Shown: positions 41,311 through 54,535 of the stretch, piece by piece
How positions within the stretch are numbered: position 1 is the stretch's first letter
How the letters are laid out: the number at the start of each line of letters is the position of its first letter
Assembly: GCF_009914755.1 (NCBI RefSeq)
Contig: NC_060933.1
Source: the human T2T-CHM13v2.0 reference genome, Homo sapiens
Length of the DNA stretch: 64,000 bases
Reading direction: 5' to 3' (one strand)
Made by a program: the position numbers and the translations under genes
The notes under the pieces: generated by a model
Database searches by the model: none
What the model saw: the letters and a program-made list of their open reading frames with translations, nothing else
What the model was told of the DNA's origin: nothing

Positions 41311-41974
41311 AATCTGGGTTCATATTTCGTTTTTTATTCTTATTTTATCTGGGGGTTTTTTAGTGAGCTGTAACACTTCGTCTTTCAGATTTATTTCCAA
41401 ACTTTCTTTAGCATCATTTGCATTGGAAAGAGCAATGAGCTCTGGTGGCAGAAGATGCAGATTGAAAGTCCTCCTTCTACCCCTTTCTAGGGGTGTGGCT
41501 TCATAACATTTCAGCTCTCTGAGCCTTTGTTTCCTCAACTATAAAATGAAGTCAGAAATAATACCAAAGTTGGAGGTGTGTGGTGAGGATTCCTGAGCTC
41601 ATATGTAAGAAAGGACCTCATAAACTCTTACATCACCCAGAACTCATGATTATGGTAATTTCTTCTGAATACAGTTGAAATGACAGCTAGAGCCCTCCCC
41701 TTGCTATAAGTAGGATTATTCTCAGAGAGTGCACCTGCTGCTCTTAGGTCTGTGGCAGAACGAAATTCCTGAGCAACCTGGACCTCTGTACCCCTCACCC
41801 AGAGTCTAACGCAACTTTGGCACCCAGGGAGCCTGGACAACAGACAACAGTGAGAACATCCTGTGACCAAGCCATTTACAGCCACTAAATAGGGGCTAAG
41901 ACTAGACCCTCAGCAGTGAGGGGAGTCACCTCAGACATCAGCACACAGCTCCAAAACTTGAGGGGTATGGCCAC

Positions 41975-42350
41975 GATTACCACCATAGCTATGTGTTTCT
42001 TGTAATACCTGCTACATTTAAAACAACAAATCACTTTTTAAAACTAAACAATTTATTTACAAAGGAAGCTTTTATATCACTCTAATAAAAAAAATAGAGT
42101 CATTTGCTAAAACAGAAGTCAATCAAAACGCATGCACGATGATAGCAAAATAATGATATTAAATTCTAGCTAAACATTCTTGCCTTCTGAAGCTTTGTCC
42201 TAAGGAGTGTTCTCGGTTGAAGAGAAAAGAAGCAAATGTTAGAAAGCTGTTAAAGACAGGCTAGCTCCGATATGAGAATTTCTCCTTGACATATAATTCG
42301 AAGGATAAAAAGAGAGTTAAAACATGTTACCCTTTTTACTAGTGATTTTC
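41975..42350 (+). mobile_element. MER113-like hAT-Charlie fossil
   Basis: 'tattaaattctagcta', 'tgttaaagacaggctagc', 'tttctccttgacat' match recalled MER113. Confidence 0.6.
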
Positions 42351-43815
42351 TTTTAAGCCTGTGATTCCTAAAGTCTTCTCTCATAGGGGTTCTGCAACTG
42401 CTTTGTGCCCATTCTTTGAGAAATAATAACATAGTTAAAACCTTCCACCACCTCCCTGCCCATCTTATAGATGTGAAAACTGGGGCCCACACAAGAGAGG
42501 AAACTTGTTCAAAAGCAATGAGTGAATCAGTGGCTGGGCTGGGATGAGAATCCGGCGCTTCTGACTCCCAGCTCCATGTGCCTTTTACCAAACACCCCAG
42601 TGGATCTTGCAAGAAGATTTGGTTTTGAATGATAAACAACATGAATAAAGCAAAGCTCTGAATTACTAAGTCTTTTGTCTTGGAAAAATTATAGCTGTTT
42701 TTTTGCGTTTCTGGTTCTGCATTCAGAAAACAGACCAAAAAAAAAATACAAAAAACAAAAAACAAAAACAAAAACAAAAACCCATGCCTCCTTCAAAGAA
42801 CATGTATTTTCAATTATAGCTGTTCTTTGACATGACCTATTTTTAAGCATGGATTTCAACATGTAACTGAGAACAACACAGATAAAGCTGTTTCATCCAG
42901 TATGTCTCACTGTCCGATTCTAATTCAATATTGTCATTATTGCTGTACTGGCACTGCACTTTATATTTGTGCATTTCCTTATGTATCTTACATTTGCAGG
43001 GTGTTTTCATACATGCCAACCCACTTACTAGTCATCCTAACCACATGAGGAAGATGCTATGCTCTTCATGAGTCCAGCTGAGGATGCTGAGAATCTAGAA
43101 CAGCAGCTTGGCCAGGGTCCCATGAATAGGAAGGAGAGGGATGGAGACCAGGACTCAAGCCAAAGCCAGAGTCTTTTCATTCCCCCACGTTGCCTCTTCC
43201 CTTCCTTTCCACCGATTTCTACCACTGTATATATGCACTGGGAGCAGCTGTGTTGGGACTGAATGATGGGAGGGAAAGGATCATGAGTTGAAAATAACTA
43301 AGGGTCCCCAGTTGAGAGTCTTTGGACTGAAAGGATTTACCTGGGGTAGTTTTAAGAACAGAAAATGCTGTAAGAAAGGAGGTTATGACAGATCTCAGAC
43401 CCTCATTAGAAGGAGACCATCAGCAGTTTCTTCTTGCAAAGCGCAATTATGGTTTGCAAAACCTCAGTGAGATAAGCCACTTCCTCAAGAAAGTTTTTCC
43501 TGATTGCTCAAACAGAGTCATGTCTTTAAGTTATGGTCCCCTAGTGTCCTGCTCTTTTCTAATAATCTTAATAGATTTAAATTACTAATTGGAGTGATTA
43601 TTTTGGCTTAATATCTGACTCCTCCACTTTCCTGGAAGTGTCACAGCAGCCGGGACGTATTTGTTGATTGCCGCTGCATCCTAGTGCCTAGCATTGTGCC
43701 TGAGATGTAGTCGGTGGTCAATTAGTATTTACTGACTGAATTAATACCTTGTGAGAAAGGTAGAGGAGTTACTCCAAGGCACATGCCATAGCAAGGTCAT
43801 GGAGGTTGTGTAGTG

Positions 43816-44168
43816 CATACGTTTCAAAGTGTGGTCTGGGGACCCCAGGAGTCCCCAACAATCTTTCAGGGGGTCCTTGAGGTCAAAGCTATTTTTGTGA
43901 CAATACTAAGATGTCATTTGCTTTTTTCACTCCCATTCTCTCATGAGCTTGGAGTGGCATTTTCTGGAGGCTGTTTGATGTGAGATGATGTTGTACTCGG
44001 ACAACAAATGGAACGTGTGCTTGTGTATTCTTGAGCTTTAAAAATTTCACAGTTTTAATTTCTAATATGGTGATTGATATAACCCACAGAAACAAAAGTT
44101 CTTTGGGATCCTCAATACTTTTAAAGACTGTGAAGGGATCCTAAGACCCAAATGTTCAAGGACTGCTG
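43816..44168 (+). mobile_element. Charlie1-family non-autonomous hAT element
   Basis: 'tcaaagtgtggtctggggacccc...tttcagggggtcc', end 'ctttgggatcctcaata...aggactgctg'. Confidence 0.8.
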
Positions 44169-44307
44169 ACAGCGCGTGAGCACGCCTAGTGTCCAAAGGC
44201 CCGGGTTCAAATCTGGGATGTGTGTGTTCTTAGGTGAACTACATAAGCTCTTTGTGGCTTATGTCCTCATCTGCAAAACAGGGTAACAATAAAACTAATC
44301 ATGTGGG

Positions 44308-44738
<431 letters not shown>

Positions 44739-44809
44739 CTAGCATGGAGGCCCAGAGACATTGAGACCTGTTCAAGGTCCTACTGGAGTGGGTGGCAAAG
44801 CCCTGAGCC

Positions 44810-44955
44810 GTTGATTGGTAGGACTGAGGGTTTGTTTAGCTCCTCCCATGGCTGAACCAGGCAGTGGGGTGGGGGGCGGGCTTTCTCCCACATCTGAACC
44901 AGGAAGTCAGGAAGAAGGAGGTGCGATTGGTGACTGCACAACCAACCAATCCCTG
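44810..44955. promoter_or_regulatory. Candidate promoter/enhancer: 3 CCAAT boxes, GC box, ETS site
   Basis: GATTGG 44813-44818 and 44925-44930, CCAATC 44946-44951, GGGGCGGG 44873-44880, CAGGAAGT 44900-44907; motif evidence only. Confidence 0.45.
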
Positions 44956-45945
44956 TCTACAGGGCCTGAAAGAGGTGCTGAGCAGGAGGAAGAGAGCCCC
45001 AAGGACAGGGTCTTGGCCAGCTCGCCTGGGAAGGGAAGGGCTTTTGGGCACTGGGTGCTCGCACCTGCTTCTGAACACAGCAGGGCTGGCCCTGGTCAGG
45101 GAGAAGCTTCGATTCCTGGAAATGCACATCAGCACATTTGTTACTGTCTTATCAGCAGAGTGCAGAGGCAGCCAGAGAGTGAGGGACGAATCCTGTTCCT
45201 CGTGACGAAATGCCCTTCTGGTCAAGTATGAGAAATGTTTTAGGAATGAGTTCCTAGCCCTGGTGTGAAAACAGATGTTCGATTCTCTCTGTCTTTTTTT
45301 CCTTTCCCCTCTGACATAGTTCAGGAAGCCAGGGCAGGAGTCAAACGTTTGAGCTGCTCACAAGGGTAAAGGCCCTGGAGTGATGTCAGGAGAAAAGCTT
45401 CCAGGTCAGGCTGCAGGAGCTGGGAGAGCCTCCATCCATTCCCCCGTTCTGCAGAAGAAGAAACTGAGGTCTCTTTGAGAGGGAAGGAGGTGCCCACAGT
45501 CACACAGCTTGGCCAGGGCTCTCTTTGGCTAATGAAAGCCCGATATAAGATTGGCAACAGTCACAAAATTAGGACTGACAACGTTGAATGGGTCCATAAA
45601 AAAATGAGCTTGGAAAAAAATGATGACAAGGGCAAAAGGCCTATCTAAGAATTTATTTTTTATTCTTTAAAATAATTAAAATGTTATTTTTTCTCAAAAA
45701 TAATATTTATAAGAGAATTGAAGCACTTATTGAGGGTATTCAGCCCCCACATCTGCCAGGTTGAAGGACTGACTCATGGAAATAGGTCAGGCTTTGGCAT
45801 CAACAAGAACTAGGGTTAAAAGTTCTGGATCTGCCATTCAATTGTTGTGTGATCTTGGGCAAGTCTCTGAGCCTCAGTTTCTCCTTTATAAAATGGGGAT
45901 CATGATACTTTCTTAAAAGGAATGTTGTGAAGAAAGTGGAATTAT

Positions 45946-46234
45946 GGCTGGCCACAGTGGTTCACTCCTGTAATCCCAGCACTTTGGGAGGCTGAGTGGG
46001 TGGATCACTTGAGGTCAGGAGTTTGAGACCAGCCAGCCTGGCCAACATGGTGAAACCCTGTCTCTACCAAAAATATAAAAAATTAGCCAGGCATGGTGGT
46101 GCACACATGTAGTCTCAGCCCCTGGGGAGGCAGAGGGAGAAGAATCTGTTGAACCTGGGAGGTGGAGGTTGCAGTAAGCCAAGATTGCAACACTGCAATT
46201 CAGCCTGGGCGACAGAATGAGACCCTGCCACAAA

Positions 46235-46271
<37 letters not shown>
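45946..46271 (+). mobile_element. AluS/Jb with (GAAAA)n tail
   Basis: Dimer; TSD AGAAAGT(G/A)GAATTA at 45931-45944 and 46272-46285. Confidence 0.93.
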
Positions 46272-46272
<1 letters not shown>

Positions 46273-46510
46273 GAAAGTAGAATTACTATTAGAAGCTGAC
46301 TATTTTAAATATATCTATGTGCCAAACCATATGTCATATTCTTTCATGGATTATATACATTGGATCATCCAAAGAACTCAATAACTGTTAAGTCTCATGC
46401 TACAGTAAGAATCAGAGGTGGGATTTGAACCCACACCATCTGACTCCACAGCCTGCATTAACCCATGTAAATTGCCTAGGACAACAACAGCACATGCAAG
46501 CCAATATTGG

Positions 46511-46824
46511 TGCTATGATCTGAATGTTTGCGTCCTCCCTTGCCCCCCAAATGTATATGTTAAAATTCTACCCCCAAAGGGATGGCATTAGGAAATAAGA
46601 CCTTTAGGAAGTGATTAGGTCATAGGACGGAGCCCCCATGAACAGTATTTGTCCCCATAAAAAAGAAGTCGCAGAGAGCTAGGCTCTATCTATGAACCAG
46701 GAAGCAGGCCCTCACCAGACACGGATCTTGGACTTCCCATCTTCCAGAACTATGAGAAATAAATTTCTGTTGTTGATAACCCCATCTATGGGATTTTTGT
46801 TAGCAGCCCAAACAGAGTAAGACA
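46511..46824 (+). mobile_element. MLT1A-like solo LTR
   Basis: TGCTATGATCTGAATG...TAAGACA; perfect TSD ATTGG at 46506-46510 and 46825-46829. Confidence 0.85.
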
Positions 46825-47418
46825 ATTGGTATGATTAAAGTAATCATATTTCATTTCACTTGGCTTACGTAGCATCACAAAGGCCTTATCACTCTGAGAT
46901 CATCATTGAAAAGAAGTCAGGAAAGTAGTACCATGAAATATCTGAAGACAAAATCCAAAGTCTCTTTGGTATGTGGGATGAGTAGCTGTTACTGTGGTTC
47001 TAAGCTAGGAATGCCACCTTGAGGAGTTTGAGAAATATAAATGAGGTCTCCTGAGTCAATTTCTGTATCATAAAATTAAGGATGGCAATCTTACATTGAA
47101 CCCCTATTATGGATATTCCCAGATGAACTAAACTATCTTATTACTGTGCTTTGAGCAGGAATTACACAACCCAGTGGAGAAACATTGGTTATCTCATGCT
47201 GGTCACAAGGTTAGGTTGGCATTAATATAATTGTCTCAATTAAAACAAATGGATCATTACGCAATAAACATCTTTGTTGTTGTTATTGGTTGCATCCTTT
47301 TGCAGTGTGTATGGCTCAAAGGAAAGAAGTCACAGCAGGGTCCCTCCACGATGACAAAGTTGGGAGCCACTCAGCTGAGAGTTGCAGCCATTTCAGGTTG
47401 TTATTTAAAATATATGTA

Positions 47419-47556
47419 TTTATTCATTTATTTTATAGAGATGTGGTTTTACTATGCTGCCCAGGCTAATCTCAACAAACCTCTGGGCTCAAGCAATCCT
47501 CCGACCTTAGCCTCCTGAGCAGCTGGGAATACAGGCACAAGCCCCTGGGTCCAGCT
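47419..47556 (-). mobile_element. FLAM-type Alu monomer
   Basis: Single arm 'ctgggctcaagcaatcctcc'; flanks ATTTCA(A)GGTTGTT. Confidence 0.8.
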
Positions 47557-47575
47557 TATTTCAAGGTTGTTTTCT

Positions 47576-47883
47576 TTCTTTTCCTTTTCTTTTTTTTTTT
47601 TTTTTTTTTTTTTGGTAAGATGGAGTCTCGCTCTGTTGCCCAGGCTGGAGTACAGTGGTGCGACCTTGGCTCACTGCAGCCTCCACCTCCCAGGTTCAAG
47701 CAATCCTCCTGCCTCAGCCTCCTGAGTAGCTGAGACTATAGGCATGAGCCACCACTCCCGGCTAATTTTTTGTTTTTTCAGTAGAGACAGGGTTTCACCA
47801 TGTTATCCAGGATGGTCTCAATCTCCTGACCTTGTGATCCACCTGCCTTGGTCTCCTGACCTTGTGAGCCCCTGTGCCCGGCC
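47576..47883 (-). mobile_element. AluSc-like with internal rearrangement
   Basis: 'ccaggatggtctcaatctcctgacc'; 16-bp TSD TTCAAGGTTGTTTTCT at 47560-47575 and 47884-47899. Confidence 0.92.
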
Positions 47884-48423
47884 TTCAAGGTTGTTTTCTG
47901 AGCAGAGACTGTCCACGTTGGCAAGGAAATTCAGAAAATGATGAATGATCCATTGATCTCTGATGTCTACAAAACTCCTGATTACTGAAAAGAAATGGAA
48001 GTACATCTGCTCCACTGCATCATTAAAGGAACAGGTGGAGAGTAGACAGGACTTGTTCAGGATTGCCAGGGAAATCCAGGCAGGTGTGGGGCTCCTGAGA
48101 CCTTGCTCTTTTCTCAGTGGTTTTCAAATGTCTTGATGAGTTCTACAGAAGAGTTTTCTGAGCTCTTTGGACAGGAAGCCCTTGTTATTCAACAACCTGT
48201 GAAATCTTCCCTGAGAAGGTGACTTAAACTAATAAATAAATAAATATAACAAACAGAAAATTATATCATAGGTGCACAGCTTGATGAATTTTTATGAACT
48301 CATTCAACCAGCCCCCAGATACTAAAATAGGACATTACTAGCAACACAGAACCCCCCATATCGCGCTACCTTCCAGTACCTACCACTCCTCTAAGGGATT
48401 ACTACCATCCTGACTTCTAACAC

Positions 48424-48840
48424 CAAGATGGTTTGGATGTTTGTCCCCTCCAAATCTTATGTCGAAATGTGATCCCCGATGTTGGAGGCGGGGCCGGGTG
48501 GCAGGTGTTCAGATCATGGGAGCAGATCCCTCATAAGTGGTTTAGCACCATCTCCTTGGTGATAAGGGAGTTCTTACTCTGAGTTCATATGAGATCTGGT
48601 AGTTTAAAAGAGAGTGGCACCTTCCCCCTGACCTGTTGCTCCCACTTGCACCATTTGACACCGACTGCTCCCACTTCTGCCATGATTGTAAGCTCCCTGA
48701 GACTCTCACCAGAAGCCAAGCAGATGGTGGTGCCATGCTTGTACAGCTTGCAGAACCATGAGCTGCTTAAAAACTCTTTTCTCTATAAAGTATCCAGCCT
48801 CAGGTATTTCTTTATAGCAATGTAAGAACAGCCTAATACA
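48424..48840 (+). mobile_element. MSTB solo LTR
   Basis: 'atggtttggatgtttgtcccctccaaatc...cctaataca'; TSD AACAC at 48419-48423 and 48841-48845. Confidence 0.88.
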
Positions 48841-48935
48841 AACACTATAGATTGATGTTGCCTGATTTTGACCTTTTTATAAATGAAACCTTATGAAGTG
48901 TACATCAGTTAAAGCTGTCTGACTTCTTTCACTCA

Positions 48936-49286
48936 TGATATGGTTTGGCTGTGTTGTCACCCAAATCTCATCTTGAATTGTACTCCCATAATTCCCACGT
49001 GTTGTGGGAGGGGTCCAGTGGGAGATCATTTGAATCATGGGGATGGTTCCCCCATACTGTTCGCATGGTAGTGAATAAGTTTCATGAGATCTGATGGATT
49101 TATCAGGGGTTTCCAATTTTGTATCTTCCTCATTTTCTCTTGCTGCTGCCATGTAAGAAGTGTCTTTCACCTCCCACCATGATTCTGAGGCCTTCCCAGC
49201 CATGTGGAACTGTAAGTCCAATTAAACTTCTTTTTCTTCCCCGTCTTGGGTATGTCTTTATCAGCAGTGTGAAAATGGACTAATGA
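48936..49286 (+). mobile_element. THE1B solo LTR
   Basis: TGATATGGTTTGGCTGTG...GGACTAAT; TSD ACTCA/ATTCA. Confidence 0.9.
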
Positions 49287-49954
49287 ATTCAACATTATGT
49301 TTGTGGTATTTATTCATATTTTTACATGGAATTTTAGATTGTACATTCTCACCGCTGGGTAGTATTCTATCCTAAGAATTCATTGATCTATTCTACTGTT
49401 GATAGGCATTTGGTTACCATGCATAATGCTGTTGTGAACATTCTAATGTGTGTCTTTTTGTGCATGTGTGACCACATTTCTATTGGGTAGATACAGGAGT
49501 GAAATTGCTTGGAGAGGTGAATTTGAACTGAATTTAACTTTCCAAAAAGGGTAGGGGGAAGCTATTGCAGCAGAGGGCAGTGTCTGTGCACAGGCATATA
49601 GTTCAAAAGGGCGAGAAACATCTGGGGAACAGAATGACTCAGTGGGTTGGGCATATGGTGCCCATGAAGCCTGAGCAATGGGATGCTCTCTCTTCTGGGA
49701 TGACCCGCCTTTCCCTCCTCACCTCTAACTCCTTGTTCTTCAGTCATTTCTAGAGCAGCTTTGAGTTCACCATTTCCTGGAGCTTTCAGCTGTCTTGAGT
49801 TAGTTGCCTCTGTCTGGGTAGTTACCAGAGTTTCTATAGCCTGCTATGATTCTAGTTAACACAGCACTGCCCCCACCATGCTGGCCTTGTCTGATGACCC
49901 ACCTGTCTCCTCATTAGGCTGTGAGTTCCTTGAAAGGCAGAGCAGGGTTGGCTC

Positions 49955-50368
49955 AGTGTCATCGCTTTGTACCTTGGACCCACTCTGTCCTATCTCTGTC
50001 CTGCTCTCTGTCTATGAAGCTGACCTCTCTGGACTGCATCAAGAGGCACGCCCTTCCTTTGCTTCTGACTTTGGCCAAAGAAGAAGCCTTCTCAGAAAAC
50101 CAGAGGTAGAGATGAGAGTGAAAGCAGGTGATCTTTCCCAAAGTGCCTGGTCTGCAGGGTTATCTTGAGTTGACTGCATTCCCAACAGAAGGTTGTAGTT
50201 TCTCTCCAGGTAGGAGAAGTCCCTCTTCAGGTCTAGAGATACAAAAGTCCCAAAATTTCTAGGCTCAAAGTACTGCACTATGTTTGTGGTTCTCCTACCA
50301 TTCAACCAACCCTGCTCAAATTGTCTTAATTTGTATGTGCCATCTGCTGGGGCCCTAACTGAGGCATG
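49955..50368 (+). mobile_element. LTR33-like ERVL LTR
   Basis: 'gctgacctctctggactgcatcaa', 'cttcaggtctag', 'gtactgcact', end 'tgtgccatctgctggggccctaactgaggca'. Confidence 0.7.
50337..50350 (-). promoter_or_regulatory. CTCF core motif
   Basis: Minus strand CCAGCAGATGGCAC matches CCASYAGRKGGCRS at every position; binding not shown. Confidence 0.45.
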
Positions 50369-50548
50369 CATTTTATTCATCTCCATATCCATTTAGCACA
50401 CTGCTTGGTACATGCTAGGGATCAAGGAAGGTTTATTGATTAAGTAAATAGGGAAGTGAGAGAGGCTGAAGATGTAGAAGCTGACCAGTAGCCAATAGTG
50501 AAGAACCTTGGATATCCTTTTGTGAAGTTTAGAGTTTAATCCTTAAGA

Positions 50549-50833
50549 CCAGGTGTTGCAACTTCAAGTATTGTAGGGGCCAGGCAGTGGAGGTGGAATT
50601 GTGGCATAGTAGGAAGTAAGTTATGTCTCTTTTATACTTCTGCTACTCAGCATCAGCACATTAATGCTCTGCAAGAATTTGGACCTGGAATGGCCATATC
50701 TTCTGATTTTTTGAGAAATCAGAAATCAGAATTTTAAGTGGGCTGCCAAGTTTTAAATGTTGTCAATATTTAACATTTAAAAATACTTCATACTGGCAAA
50801 CAAACATGTGGCTGCCAATTTGTAAGCTCTCTG
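50549..50833 (-). mobile_element. MER102-like fragment
   Basis: 'caggtgttgcaacttca...gtaggggccaggcag', 'gccatatcttctgattttttgagaaatcagaaatc'. Confidence 0.6.
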
Positions 50834-51789
50834 TAGCCAGTAGGGACCCACTGGACAGTGTGAAGACAGAGAGATGGTCAGATATTGCATAGTGCCATGA
50901 AAAAGATATCCCCAGTGGATGAGCTGCAGAGACCAAGGGCCTTTGATCTCCGTTTCTGAAGTGGTTCGAATGTGCTGAGAGGTGCTTACACTGAGAACGT
51001 GAATCTTTCTCCATGACGGATAATTTTTTAAATCAGTTTTTAATTCTAAAAATAGTGTTTGGTGGATTTCTCCACTTTAGTCAGGTTCCCAGCCACTTTC
51101 TCTATTTCTGCTTCAAGCTAGGAGCTCTGAGTTCTTTTGGGTTTTATCAAATTATACACTGTGCAAAGGCATCATTTCACCAACAGATGGACTTAATGTG
51201 CATGAAAATACATGCCTTTTAAAGAAACTAAATTAGTAGTTCCACTTCTTTCCCCTTTTATTAAAGACAGAGTTCTAGGAGAGCTCTCTGCTATAAAGTC
51301 AGACTTTATAGACATCAGCAAAATGAGATTTATTTGGATAGAAATTGGACGGAACATCAGAGAAGTCTTTTGCAACAGTGAACCTGCAGGTTTCAAGTAG
51401 AGATTAGGAGGATGCTGGCCCCTGGATCCAGACTGGTTTAAAAAACAGAAGAGGGAGAAGAAAAGCTTTCAAATCTAACTCTTTAAGAGTTGAAGTTTCC
51501 CTTGAAAGAATGGGTTGATGCCTTCCTTCCATAAGAGGCAAAATGGCATGAAGACTGTGGAAGTTAAATGACGCAGGAAGGTGCCATCCATGGAGCACAG
51601 GAACTGGAACACAAAGACCTGGGTTCTGGTCCCAGCTTTATCACTAACCCCTCCTGGCTCATCTCACAAGTCCCCTCTCCTCTCAGACTCTCTGGTTTCT
51701 CATTTAGGATGTGGAATCTGTCTACCCCATAGCATTATAGTGAGAGAAGTAAAATAAATGGTGTAAAGAAAAGCACCTTTATTTCCATG

Positions 51790-52540
51790 CTTTTATTGTT
51801 TATGTATCTACTTATTTATTATAATGATATGAACAATAATGAGCACATTCTCACTATGAATTTCAGACAATGTGCCATCAATGCAAAAGCTCTCTTTGTT
51901 TTCCCTTTGTTCCAATCCCAGAATGATTACCAGTAATTATTAGCAGTTTGATATGTATGTGTCCCTGAATTTTTGTATAAAATTATATACATATAGACAT
52001 ACAATGCTTTTTTATCAATTAAGTAACATTATGCTATACATACCACATGTTTTGTTCTACTAAGTAAAACATTCTATGTCAGAATATACAAATCAGCCAC
52101 ATTCTTTTGGAAGGTTTCAAGGATGCCATAGTTTGGATGCACCATGATCCTTTTACCCATTCCCTAGGAATGGGTATTATGGTGCTTCTAATATTTCGCT
52201 GTTACCAGAAAACGCAGTCGATGTTTTTCATACCCATGTGAAACTATTTCCCTTGGGTAGGTATTAAGAACTAAAACTACTTGGTCAAAGAGAATACACA
52301 TTTAAAATTTTTATAGATACTGCCAAATTGCCCTCCACACAGTCTGCTGATATGTGATCCTACAAGAAGTATTTAGGAGCATTCCTTTCACCTCTCCCTT
52401 CCTGACACTGGGATAGTATTAGTCTTTTAATTTTTACCCATCTAATGAGTGAAAAATAGAATTTTGCTGTCATTTTAATTAGCACTTTCCAGATAACTAG
52501 CGAGGCTGGTAGCTTTTCAGACCTTTACTGGTTATCTCTA
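51790..52540 (-). mobile_element. Old L1ME-like fragment
   Basis: 'ttttatagatactgccaaattgccctcca', 'cattttaattagcactttcc'. Confidence 0.65.
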
Positions 52541-52728
52541 AAGATGAGTATCTTGCTATGTGTTAGAATAGCTAACATAAAAAGCATGGCTGTAGTAGAA
52601 AGAATGGTGTATGTGAGAGAGAGATTGGCTCACGTTCTAGCTCTTGCATTCATAAGATTGGTGGCTTTTGGCAAGTTACTTCACTTTTTCAGGCTTTAGT
52701 GTTCCCATCTGTAAAATGGGAAACATAC

Positions 52729-53003
52729 TGTTATAGACTGAATTTTTGTGTCCTCCCAAATTCATATGTTGAAGTCCTGACCCTCAATGTGATGGTATTT
52801 GGAGATAGGGCCTTTAGGAGGTACTTAGGTATAGACAAACGAAGCCATGTACAAACCAGGAAGAGGGCTCTCACCTGAAACCAAATTGGCTGGCACCTTG
52901 ATCTTGGACTTCCCAGCCTCCAGAGCTATGAGAAACAACTTTCTGTTGTTGAAGTCACCCAGGCTAAAACATTTTGTTATGGCACCCTGAGCCAGCTAAG
53001 ACA
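52729..53003 (+). mobile_element. MLT1A0/B-like solo LTR (internally deleted), inside a MIR
   Basis: TGTTATAGACTGAAT...CTAAGACA; TSD CATAC/CATAT. Confidence 0.85.
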
Positions 53004-53084
53004 CATATTATATCACCAATCCCTTGACTGAGGATTGTTATGAGAATTAAACGTGAATGTGCATGGAAACTTTTTTTGTGATAG

Positions 53085-53429
53085 TGTATTAGTCTGAGTT
53101 CTATAGAGAGAGCTGATGGTATAGTGCAGTCTGAGTCCAGAGGTCTGAGACCGAGGAGAGCTGATGGTATAAGTTCCAGTCCAAGTCTGAGTCTGAAGGC
53201 AGAAGTCCTGTGTTCCAGCTTGAAGACAATCAGGCAAATTTTGTTCTGTTCAATTCAGGGCTTTGACAGGTTGGATGAGGCCTAAGGGCAATCTGCTTTA
53301 CTTAGTCTACTAATTCAAATGTTAGTCTTATCTAGAAAATCCCTCACAGATAAGCACAGAATAATGTTTAACCAAAGATCTGAGTACCCCATGGTCCAGT
53401 TAAGTTGACTCATGAGATTAGCCATCACA
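53085..53429 (-). mobile_element. MLT2 LTR
   Basis: 'agggcaatctgctttact', 'cagaataatgtttaaccaaa', end 'ttagccatcaca'. Confidence 0.8.
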
Positions 53430-53590
53430 TCTAGACAAAGATACAGATTTTGTTGTTGTTCATTTAACCTGCTGGGGAAAGAGTGATTTCTAATCTTCAT
53501 CCCCTCATCATTCTTTCCTTATTTAGTATGCACTGATAGTCAATGATTGTGTAGCTGTTGAAAAGTACATTACTATTAAAAAGTTGAGTC

Positions 53591-53955
<365 letters not shown>

Positions 53956-54367
53956 CTTTGGGATGGATTTGGACAAAATCTCCAGATGTGAGTGCCATTT
54001 TTTTTGCTCTTCTTCCTAATGCACAAGTATCTGACCCAACACTTCCTCTGTAAAGAGACCCCAGAAGTTCCCTTCCAAAGGCAATGCACAGGTAGAGTCT
54101 CCTATTGGCTCATGGGTATATCTTGTTCTAGATACTCTCTCTTCTCTCAGACTAGCTTGCTGATCATCACTTGCCCAATCTCTTGAAAGCTTCTTGAGAC
54201 AGAGGAGTTACCTTATTCATCTTTGCAATTCCCAAAGGGCCTAGTATTAGTCAGCCAGTAGGGGCTCCAGAATTATTGGCTGAATCCTGATGATATAGAA
54301 GCGGACATTCTGCCTGACCTAGTTGTGTGTATTTTCTCCTGTGAATTTAAACAGATGAGATATTAGA

Positions 54368-54535
54368 GCAGTGGCTCTAAGCAGCTTCAAAACTGTAGCT
54401 GCATAAAGAAACACCTGCAAAGTTTGTAAAATTCTCAGTGCCCAGCATGCACCCAGGACCAATTAAGTCAAAATGTTGGAGAGTTAGACTCAGGCATTCT
54501 TGCTTTTTAAAGCTTCTCAGTTGATTCTAACTTTC
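54368..54535. mobile_element. MER5-like hAT fragment
   Basis: 'gaccaattaagtcaaaat', 'tttttaaagcttctcagttgattcta'. Confidence 0.55.

Larger units (their letters stand above)
48250..49510 (-). mobile_element. Old L1M 3' fragment hosting two LTRs
   Basis: L1 3' motifs resume across both insertions ('ccatcctgacttctaacac', 'caacattatgtttgtgg', 'ctattctactgttgataggcatttgg'). Confidence 0.7.
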
